Shown here piece after piece: positions 53,401-64,000 of a DNA stretch of 64,000 nucleotides; the first letter of the stretch is position 1; each line of letters starts with the position of its first letter. The stretch is from Nemertoderma westbladi (taxonomy: Eukaryota > Animalia > Xenacoelomorpha). Under the pieces are notes generated by a model. That model ran no database searches. It worked only from the letters and a program-made list of their open reading frames with translations, and had not been told where the DNA came from. The DNA is taken from contig JAUCBJ010002094.1 of the NCBI GenBank assembly GCA_032718475.1, positions 8,367 through 72,366 on the forward strand, written 5' to 3'. The position numbers were made by a program, and so were the translations under genes.

Positions 53401-56400
53401 GTGGGATAGAAGTTATAAATATGAAAATCGATATGGTTTTTGTAAAAAATCGGAGGATATTTTGATAAATTATTGCAGAAAAACACCAAGGATTTTGACA
53501 TGGCTTTAATACTTCATTATGTTCATGAAATAGCTGAGATATTTGAGGTGAATTATTGCATTACATAATAACTTTAGCTCCAGCCACTTTAGCAATACGA
53601 TGAAACTATAATAAATATTCTAGAACACAACAATATTAATAGGGAGATAGGCTACTTATTTCTCAACTCAGACAGCCACAGATAGGGGGTGTTCTGACAC
53701 AATCAAAATTCATCCATCTCCAGCGGAAAGACGTAGCAAATAACAGCTGATTACTGCTATAAATGTAAGTGTTACCTGTTCTTTTGACGTTCATTTAAGA
53801 TTCTCTATCTCGTGGAGTGGGATAGAAGTTATAAATATGAAAATCGATATGGTTTTTGTAAAAAATCAGAGGATATTTTGATAAATTATTGCAGAAAAAC
53901 ACCAAGGATTTTGACATGGCTTTAATACTTCATTATGTTCATGAAATAGCTGAGATATTTGAGGAGAATTATTGCATTACATAATAACTTTAGCTCCAGC
54001 CACTTTAGCAATACGATGAAACTATAATAAATATTCTAGAACACAACAATATTAACAGGGAGATAGGCTACTTATCTCTCCTCTCAGACAGCCACAGATA
54101 GGGGGTGTTCCAACGCAATCAAAATTCATCCATCTCCAGCGGAAAGACGTAGCAAATAACAGCTGATTACTGCTATAAATGTAAGTGTTACCTGTTCTTT
54201 TGACGTTCATTTAAGATTCTCTATCTCGTGGAGTGGGATAGAAGTTATAAATATGAAAATTGGTATGGTTTTTGAAAAAAATCAGAGGATATTTTGATAA
54301 ATTATTGCAGAAAAATACCAAGGATTTTGACATGGATTTAATACTTCATTATGTTCATGAAATAGCTGAGATATTTGAGTTGAATTATTGTATTATGAGT
54401 CAACTTCAGCTCTAGTCACTTTGGCAATACGATGAAACTATAATAAATATTCTAGAACACAACAATATTAACAGGGAGATAGGCTACTTATCTCTCCACT
54501 CAGACAGCCATAGATAGGGGGTGTTCCAATGCAATCAAAATTCATCCATCTCCAGCGGAAAGACGTAGCAAATAACAGCTGATTACTGCTATAAATGTAA
54601 GTGTTACCTGTTCTTTTGACGTTCATTTAAGATTCTCTATCTCGTGGAGTGGGATAGAAGTTATAAATATGAAAATCGATATGGTTTTTGTAAAAAATCA
54701 GAGGATATTTTGATAAATTATTGCAGAAAAACACCAAGGATTTTGACATGGCTTTAATACTTCATTATGTTCATGAAATAGCTGAGATATTTGAGGTGAA
54801 TTATTGCATTACATAATAACTTTAGCTCCAGCCACTTTAGCAATACGATGAAACTATAATAAATATTCTAGAACACAACAATATTAATAGGGAGATAGGC
54901 TACTTATTTCTCAACTCAGACAGCCACAGATAGGGGGTGTTCTGACACAATCAAAATTCATCCATCTCCAGCGGAAAGACGTAGCAAATAACAGCTGATT
55001 ACTGCTATAAATGTAAGTGTTACCTGTTCTTTTGACGTTCATTTAAGATTCTCTATCTCGTGGAGTGGGATAGAAGTTATAAATATGAAAATCGATATGG
55101 TTTTTGTAAAAAATCAGAGGATATTTTGATAAATTATTGCAGAAAAACACCAAGGATTTTGACATGGCTTTAATACTTCATTATGTTCATGAAATAGCTG
55201 AGATATTTGAGGAGAATTATTGCATTACATAATAACTTTAGCTCCAGCCACTTTAGCAATACGATGAAACTATAATAAATATTCTAGAACACAACAATAT
55301 TAACAGGGAGATAGGCTACTTATCTCTCCTCTCAGACAGCCACAGATAGGGGGTGTTCCAACGCAATCAAAATTCATCCATCTCCAGCGGAAAGACGTAG
55401 CAAATAACAGCTGATTACTGCTATAAATGTAAGTGTTACCTGTTCTTTTGACGTTCATTTAAGATTCTCTATCTCGTGGAGTGGGATAGAAGTTATAAAT
55501 ATGAAAATTGATATGGTTTTTGAAAAAAATCAGAGGATATTTTGATAAATTATTGCAGAAAAATACCAAGGATTTTGACATGGATTTAATACTTCATTAT
55601 GTTCATGAAATAGCTGAGATATTTGAGGTGAATTATTGTATTATGAGTCAACTTCAGCTCTAGTCACTTTGGCAATACGATGAAACTATAATAAATATTC
55701 TAGAACACAACAATATTAACAGGGAGATAGGCTACTTATCTCTCCACTCAGACAGCCATAGATAGGGGGTGTTCCAACGCAATCAAAATTCATCCATCTC
55801 CAGCGGAAAGACGTAGCAAATAACAGCTGATTACTGCTATAAATGTAAGTGTTACCTGTTCTTTTGACGTTCATTTAAGATTCTCTATCTCGTGGAGTGG
55901 GATAGAAGTTATAAATATGAAAATCGATATGGTTTTTGTAAAAAATCAGAGGATATTTTGATAAATTATTGCAGAAAAACACCAAGGATTTTGACATGGC
56001 TTTAATACTTCATTATGTTCATGAAATAGCTGAGATATTTGAGGTGAATTATTGCATTACATAATAACTTTAGCTCCAGCCACTTTAGCAATACGATGAA
56101 ACTATAATAAATATTCTAGAACACAACAATATTAATAGGGAGATAGGCTACTTATTTCTCAACTCAGACAGCCACAGATAGGGGGTGTTCTGACACAATC
56201 AAAATTCATCCATCTCCAGCGGAAAGACGTAGCAAATAACAGCTGATTACTGCTATAAATGTAAGTGTTACCTGTTCTTTTGACGTTCATTTAAGATTCT
56301 CTATCTCGTGGAGTGGGATAGAAGTTATAAATATGAAAATCGATATGGTTTTTGTAAAAAATCAGAGGATATTTTGATAAATTATTGCAGAAAAACACCA

Positions 56401-59400
56401 AGGATTTTGACATGGCTTTAATACTTCATTATGTTCATGAAATAGCTGAGATATTTGAGGAGAATTATTGCATTACATAATAACTTTAGCTCCAGCCACT
56501 TTAGCAATACGATGAAACTATAATAAATATTCTAGAACACAACAATATTAACAGGGAGATAGGCTACTTATCTCTCCTCTCAGACAGCCACAGATAGGGG
56601 GTGTTCCAACGCAATCAAAATTCATCCATCTCCAGCGGAAAGACGTAGCAAATAATAGCTGATTACTGCTATAAATGTAAGTGTTACCTGTTCTTTTGAC
56701 GTTCATTTAAGATTCTCTATCTCGTGGAGTAGGATAGAAGTTATAAATAAGAAAATCGATGTGGTTTTTGAAAAAAATCAGAGGATATTTTGATAAATTA
56801 TTGCAGAAAAACACCAATGATTTTGACATGGCTTTAATACTTCATTATGTTCATGAAATAGCTGAGATATTTGAGGTGAATTATTGTATTATGAGTTAAC
56901 TTCAGCTCTAGTCACTTTGGCAATACGATGAAACTATAAAAAATATTCTAGAACACAACAATATTAATAGGGAGATAGGATACTTATCTCTCCACTCAGA
57001 AAGCCACAGATAGGGGGTGTTCCAACGCAATCAAAATTAATCCATCTCCAGCGGAAAGACGTAGCAATTAACAGCTGATTACTGCTATAAATGTAAGTGT
57101 TACCTGTTCTTTTGACGTTCATTTAAGATTCTCTATCTCGTGGAGTGGGATAGAAGTTATAAATATGAAAATCGATATGGTTTTTGTAAAAAATCAGAGG
57201 ATATTTTGATAAATTATTGCAGAAAAACACCAAGGATTTTGACATGGCTTTAATACTTCATTATGTTCATGAAATAGCTGAGATATTTGAGGTGAATTAT
57301 TGCATTACATAATAACTTTAGCTCCAGCCACTTTAGCAATACGATGAAACTATAATAAATATTCTAGAACACAACAATATTAATAGGGAGATAGGCTACT
57401 TATTTCTCAACTCAGACAGCCACAGATAGGGGGTGTTCTGACACAATCAAAATTCATCTATCTCCAGCGGAAAGACGTAGCAAATAACAGCTGATTACTG
57501 CTATAAATGTAAGTGTTACCTGTTCTTTTGACGTTCATTTAAGATTCTCTATCTCGTGGAGTGGGATAGAAGTTATAAATATGAAAATCGATATGGTTTT
57601 TGTAAAAAATCAGAGGATATTTTGATAAATTATTGCAGAAAAACACCAAGGATTTTGACATGGCTTTAATACTTCATTATGTTCATGAAATAGCTGAGAT
57701 ATTTGAGGAGAATTATTGCATTACATAATAACTTTAGCTCCAGCCACTTTAGCAATACGATGAAACTATAATAAATATTCTAGAACACAACAATATTAAC
57801 AGGGAGATAGGCTACTTATCTCTCCTCTCAGACAGCCACAGATAGGGGGTGTTCCAACGCAATCAAAATTCATCCATCTCCAGCGGAAAGACGTAGCAAA
57901 TAACAGCTGATTACTGCTATAAATGTAAGTGTTACCTGTTCTTTTGACGTTCATTTAAGATTCTCTATCTCGTGGAGTGGAATAGAAGTTATAAATATGA
58001 AAATTGATATGGTTTTTAAAAAAATCAGAGGATATTTTGATAAATTATTGCAGAAAAATACCAAGGATTTTGACATGGATTTAATACTTCATTATGTTCA
58101 TGAAATAGCTGAGATATTTGAGGTGAATTATTGTATTATGAGTCAACTTCAGCTCTAGTCACTTTGGCAATACGATGAAACTATAATAAATATTCTAGAA
58201 CACAACAATATTAACAGGGAGATAGGCTACTTATCTCTCCACTCAGACAGCCATAGATAGGGGGTGTTCCAACGCAATCAAAATTCATCCATCTCCAGCG
58301 GAAAGACATAGCAAATAACAGCTGATTACTGCTATAAATGTAAGTGTTACCTGTTCTTTTGACAAGACAAAAAATACCAAGGATTTTGACATGGATTTAA
58401 TACTTCATTATGTTCATGAAATAGCTGAGATATTTGAGGTGAATTATTGTATTATGAGTCAACTTCAGCTCTAGTCACTTTGGCAATACGATGAAACTAT
58501 AATAAATATTCTAGAACACAACAATATTAACAGGGAGATAGGCTACTTATCTCTCCACTCAGACAGCCATAGATAGGGGGTGTTCCAACGCAATCAAAAT
58601 TCATCCATCTCCAGCGGAAAGACGTAGCAAATAACAGCTGATTACTGCTATAAATGTAAGTGTTACCTGTTCTTTTGACGTTCATTTAAGATTCTCTATC
58701 TCGTGGAGTGGGATAGAAGTTATAAATAAGAAAATTGATGTGGTTTTTGAAAAAAATCAGAGGATATTTTGATAAATTATTGCAGAAAAACACCAATGAT
58801 TTTGACATGGCTTTAATACTTCATTATGTTTATGAAATAGCTGAGATATTTGAGGTGAATTATTGTATTATGAGTTAACTTCAGCTCTAGTCACTTTGGC
58901 AATACGAAGAAACTATAAAAAATATTCTAGAACACAACAATATTAATAGGGAGATAGGATACTTATCTCTCCACTCAGAAAGCCACAGATAGGGGGTGTT
59001 CCAACGCAATCAAAATTCATCTATCTCCAGCGGAAAGACGTAGCAAATAACAGCTGATTACTGCTATAAATGTAAGTGTTACCTGTTCTTTTGACGTTCA
59101 TTTAAGATTCTCTATCTCGTGGAGTGGGATAGAAGTTATAAATATGAAAATTTATATGGTTTTTGAAAAAAATCAGAGGATATTTTGATAAATTATTGCA
59201 GAAAAATACCAAGGATTTTGACATGGATTTAATACTTCATTATGTTCATGAAATAGCTGAGATATTTGAGGTGAATTATTGTATTATGAGTCAACTTCAG
59301 CTCTAGTCACTTTGGCAATACGATGAAACTATAATAAATATTCTAGAACACAACAATATTAACAGGGAGATAGGCTACTTATCTCTCCACTCAGACAGCC

Positions 59401-59768
59401 ACAGATAGGGGGTGTTCCAACGCAATCAAAATTCATCCATCTCCAGCGGAAAGACGTAGCAAATAACAGCTGATTACTGCTATAAATGTAAGTGTTACCT
59501 GTTCTTTTGACGTTCATTTAAGATTCTCTATCTCGTGGAGTGGGATAGAAGTTATAAATAAGAAAATCGATGTGGTTTTTGAAAAAAATCAGAGGATATT
59601 TTGATAAATTATTGCAGAAAAACACCAATGATTTTGACATGGCTTTAATACTTCACTATGTTCATGAAATAGCTGAGATATTTGAGGTGAATTATTGTAT
59701 TATGAGTTAACTTCAGCTTTAGTCACTTTGGCAATACGATGAAACTATAAAAAATATTCTAGAACACA
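50462..59768 (-). repeat. ~416-bp satellite, reverse orientation (~23 copies)
   Basis: Resumes in register after the CRE element and ends at ...CTAGAACACA (59768), where the hAT element begins. Confidence 0.98.
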
Positions 59769-61061
59769 CAGGCCCGTATCGTGCGGGGGGGCTTTGGGGG
59801 CACTGCCCCCCAGACAAGTCTCATTGCCCCCCCAGACAAGTTTCACAGTAACCCAAAAAGAAGCCCAACTATAACCACTGCTTGAGTTTATGCAAATGTT
59901 CAGCAGACGGAATCGTTTTGTTCACATTCACAATGATTAATAATAATATTTGGTGGTTACGCACGCACATACCACTTCTACCCACTGACATCCCATTTGG
60001 CCCAATTATAATGGCTGCTGGCAGGTACTGGTATTGCCCCCTCCCCAACCCAGTCTAGCCTGAGCCTGTCCTGAGCCGAATTACATTGCATGGTTTTGTG
60101 TATATTAATTATGTTGTTGGCAGCCTCTGCTCTTCTTTATTGGTTGTGATTCAATTCAATTCAACTATGTGTTGCAGCTCAATATAATTATTACTATACA
60201 AGCTCAAAGGTCTCTCATCTCATTGGCTACCAGGGGCTGTTCGATATTCAATGGTGGGTGACTAATTGGTCTCTAGTTTAGAAGCCAGCTAAGTGTTGAG
60301 TGTTCTTGGGCTGTTACATTACAGTGTTATCCAAGTGTGCAACTTCCCATATTACACACAAATATTGATTACTGGATTATACCTGTTATACTGGCCATCT
60401 TACTTCATAAAAATAACTCTCACTTCAGCACTTACTGACTTAGCAGCTTAGCTTCATATTGTTTATTGCTTGCCTTGACACTTTTCTGCATTTTGTTTCT
60501 CAGATTCTGTTATTTCTATTTCTATTAATTTCTTACCGTGTACTACTACTGGACTATCAATGTCGATTTTAAATTATTTTTCACCTTTACGTGTATCTGT
60601 TGCTGAGGCTGTGCATGCGCAATCGTTATCGGTGCCATCGTTATCATCTGAGACACCTCCCCAAACAACGCTTGTTGAACAGGAAGCTGATGATTTGGGA
60701 AGTTCTAAACCTTCGCAGCCACTGCCAAACAACGGCCAGAAATTCCCATCCACACAATTTGGTAAGATTTCCCGTTCCTTTCTACCACAGTGGTATAATG
60801 GGCGACCTTGGCTTGAATACTCCGTTACTAAAGACGCGGCATTTTGTTTCTGTTGTCGGATATTCCCACAGGGTAATAAAGATATGCGAGGTGGACTTTA
60901 TGATAATGCCTTTAAGTTGGGTTATCGAAATTGGAAAAAAGCTTTGGAATGTGGAAGAGGTGAGTAGCGATAATAGTAATAACATGAGAAAGTTTGGTAA
61001 CTTTACATGGACTAATATGCTGATTTAATTAATTTATCTACAGATCTACGCTGCTGTATCA

Positions 61062-61220
61062 TAATAATTATTTATTATATTGGAAAAAAAAGTAGAATAT
61101 TTTTTCACTATTCTCGAGGCATTTTATTTACCGAGCGCCAGCGAGGTTAATAAAGGGTCGAGAGAATATTGAAAAAAAACTCAATGTTAATGTTAATTAC
61201 TCAATGTTAAATAATTTAGT
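61062..61220. repeat. Palindromic MITE-like element in the hAT intron
   Basis: Imperfect arms TTTTTTCACTATTCTCGA...TTATTTACC and GGTTAATAA...TCGAGAGAATATTGAAAAAA around the core GAGCGCCAGCGA. Confidence 0.6.
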
Positions 61221-61719
61221 GTTCTCGAATATTTATTACGTAACTAGAGACCCACTTAACAACATAAACCAATATTGGATATTGAGTTCCGTTTTGGAGA
61301 ACGCTGTGCAGACACTAAGTTACAGTAACTTCTGAGTGTCTGAATGGATTTTGCTGATGACGTGTAAACCTTTTCTACGTCAATGCTCTTTCAACACATT
61401 TAACCCTTTCAACCCTATGTCTCAACTGTTGAGACATGAGTTCCTATCGTTTCCTGTCCAGTGCCAGTCAATCCAGCCCATTCTATAGATGATTTTTGAA
61501 TACTCCGTGCATTTAGATGTGTTAATGGTGCAAAATGGCCCTCTGTCTGGCAACTGCAGGCAGTAGCCAGTCTACTTACATACTACTATAATTAGACCTT
61601 ATTTATTTTATTTATTATATATTGATTTATCTTATTTATTTATTATTCTGATTATACTGATGTATTGCATTAGTTCATTATTCAGATACAGACTGTAGAA
61701 ACATATATAATATTGGATA

Positions 61720-62055
61720 TAATATGCTTCCTTATTTTTTGACAGACAGACTGACAGACAAACAGACATACATACAGACAAAGACAGATACATCCTAGTG
61801 TTGGTCAGTCGTGGAAACTGACATCAGAAATGAAATCAGCGACCTGGAAAACCCCCATGGCGAATGTTTTTATTACATAATATGCCTCCTTATTTTTTGA
61901 CAGACAGACTGACAGACAAACAGACATACATACAGACAAAGACAGATACATCCTAGTGTTGGTCAGTCGTGGAAACTGACATCAGAAATGAAATCAGCGA
62001 CCTGGAAAACCCCCATGGCGAATTTTTTTATTACATAATATGCCTCGTTATTTTC
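61720..62055. repeat. 158-bp tandem duplication containing a (GACA)n-like microsatellite (HINE/DINE-1/pearl-like core)
   Basis: GACAGACAGACTGACAGACAAACAGACATAC... starts at 61741 and 61899. The units are near identical, with a partial third start at ~62036. Confidence 0.8.
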
Positions 62056-62064
62056 TAACCAAAG

Positions 62065-62175
62065 CAATGACCGAAATTTGTGCCATTTTGTCGACAAGCA
62101 TTCTTATTATATGTCATCTACCTGTAATGCAGCTGCAATGCAGCATGCCGATTGCCGCTCCTAGTAGTAGTAGTA
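62065..62175 (+). mobile_element. Short 3'-end fragment of a related RTE LINE
   Basis: Shares AATGCAGCTGCAATGCAGCATGCCGAT...CCTAGTAGTAGTAG with 6575-6615. Upstream it translates DRNLCHFVDKHS, against DRELWRCNFVDKPAQHS in the RTE. Confidence 0.8.
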
Positions 62176-64000
62176 TGTGAACACATACCTCTACTCCTAC
62201 TGTATTACCGTTATAAAAAATATATTTTACGGTATAAAAAATATATTTTAATGTGTTTTTTTTTATCTCTATAGGCTTTGCTCAACATGAGTGCTCTGTG
62301 GAGCATGTTGGTGCAATGGCTGCGTGGTCAGAGCGACAGTTGCGTGAAAAGAGCAACCTATCAGTGAGTACGTTAGTCAATGACGCCCAGTTGGAGAAGA
62401 ATCGGTACTACCTTTCTTCCATTATAGACATTGTGCGATTTCTTACGGTAAATGGTCTCCCCTTGCGCGGTGATAAGGAAGATAATATAAGACAATGTAT
62501 AACTACATTAGACTGCGACACTGGAGAATTGGACAGCAATGGATTGCCATGTGGTTTATTCCTCCGTCTTTTTGAATTCACTATGAGAAAAGATGATAAG
62601 TTGAGAGATATATACAAGACAATCCCCAACGTGGCCACATACACTTCGCCAGGAATTCAAAATGAGGTTATTAATGTAATGGCAAACCTGGTTAAGGAAC
62701 ATATAGTAGATATGGTAAAGACAGCAGATGTGCCATACTTTACTTTGAAAGTCGATGGAACACGTGACCCAACTGGAATTGAGGATTTGAGTATTGTTGT
62801 GCGTTTCGTTAAGGTTGGCGTGGTTGAGGAGCACCTCCTGGAAATTGCAAAGGTTGTCGAACTTGATGCCAAGTCGTTAACTAATGCCATTATGGAGGAA
62901 CTGAAGTCATCTGGTTTAGATCCGAGTAATATTATCAGTCAGTGTTACGGTGGGGCTGCTGTAATGTCTGGTTAGCATGGAGGGGTGCAGGCATTACTGC
63001 AGGATGCTGTAGGTAAAAGCATTCCATATGTACACTGCTATAATCACCAATTGCACTTGGTGGTTGTGCATGCACTGCAAGAGAATCTATGGGCTAGAAA
63101 TTACTTTGAACTTTGTTCAGTCTTGTATAACTTCACTAGGAAGCCCAAGGTCGCTGCTCTGTATGATGGTGCTAAACTCCATCGCCTTCTCGAACAGAGG
63201 TGGTCTGGACATTTAAAGACAACTAAGACTATATTAGACAATTTTGAAGAGATAACCAATCTTCTCAAATCCTGTGCCGACTGCTCAGAAACTGATATTT
63301 CTGTGGAGGCTACTGGTCTACTAATGAAGATCAGAGAATCTAAGTTCATGTTCATGTCTAAACTGTGCTTCAAGATTCTTAGCTTATTGAAACCAGCCAA
63401 TGATGCTCTACAGTCAAAGTCAATGGATTTGCTCTCAGGTTCCGAAGTTGTTCTAGAATGCCTGAAATGCATTAAGGATCTACGCAACAGTAAATTCTTC
63501 AGCGAGATTTATGTCCCAACCAATGACGATGATTGCAGATCAAGAAAAAGGCGCGTCCATGTAACTAGCACAAGGTTAGACATTTTTGTAATTGTTGATT
63601 ACGTTCCACATGGTGGACCTTTGAATCATTTATAGTCATATTTCTGATTTGAATTTTCACAATTTTATTAATAATAAATTTAAAAATGTTAAGGCATTAA
63701 CGGGAATGTGGGTTAATTTTATAAAAATGATTTTTAAGGAACACATCTATATTTGTGAGTGCGAATCTGAGGAGGGTCACCTAAATAAACCCTAGTGAAG
63801 CCCACCTCTAGTAATATTACAAAACATGAGGTTAATAATTTAAATGTAAAATGTATTTGTAGATTATCGGACTCTGTTGCGTATGAGACTCTAGGATCCG
63901 GATCCAGACCAAGTTCGCATTGTTCCCGTGATGTCTCTGCGAAGGGATAATTTCAAGCCAGACCTATAGTGAAATTCTAGACCTCATTATTACGGAGATG

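Larger units (their letters stand above)
59769..63635 (+). mobile_element. hAT DNA transposon (left end and decayed transposase; right TIR not seen in the window)
   Basis: Starts CAGGCCCGTATCG...GGGGGGCTTTGGGGGCACTGCCCCCC directly after the satellite. Subterminal TGCCCCCCAGACAAGT occurs twice. The right boundary is uncertain. Confidence 0.85.
60560..63635 (+). pseudogene. hAT transposase (TTF-type Zn finger / DUF4371, ZMYM1-like), exons 60560-60959 and 62275-~63635
   Basis: Exon 1 has RSF..QWY...PWLEYS..KDAAFCFCCRIF..NWKK. A phase-1 GT-AG intron (60960-62274) splices to GFAQHECSVEH, then GLPLRG, YTSPGIQNEVI, VDGTRD, HCYNHQLHL, EQRWS. TAG at 62973-62975. CYGGA replaces the usual CYDGA. No C-terminal dimerisation domain seen. 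Confidence 0.88.

Noticed and set aside
60560-63635. Domesticated host gene (ZMYM1-like)
   Set aside because: The TIR-type left end abuts the satellite, and the premature stop and catalytic substitution indicate a decayed transposon.

Overview
Eukaryotic (probably invertebrate animal) heterochromatin-like DNA. About 47 kb is one AT-rich satellite with a ~416-bp monomer (roughly 110-115 copies). It reads + at 1-4157 and - at 9381-59768, and shows local higher-order structure and regional monomer subtypes. The array is interrupted by five mobile elements. (1) A broken APE-type LINE (CR1/L2 group) with a 2A-like GDVHPNPGP motif sits at the orientation switch and is itself split by a young 5'-truncated RTE LINE with an 11-bp TSD. 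(2) A 2.5-kb CCC...GGG/TTAA non-autonomous DNA element carries an LTR-retrotransposon fragment (tRNA-Gly PBS plus decayed gag-like sequence). (3) A 1.56-kb piggyBac-like MITE has internal ~162-bp palindromic repeats. (4) A near-intact 4.17-kb CRE-clade restriction-like-endonuclease retrotransposon has a 9-bp TSD and an N-terminal CXC-like Cys cluster. It also has ~27 in-frame octapeptide repeats (ATPTQPGS) between RT motifs QGDP and YADD, the most unusual feature in the window. (5) A decayed, intron-containing hAT transposon ends the array at 59769. No host genes, rRNA/tRNA genes or CRISPR arrays were recognised. All family assignments come from motif reading by eye, not database searches.
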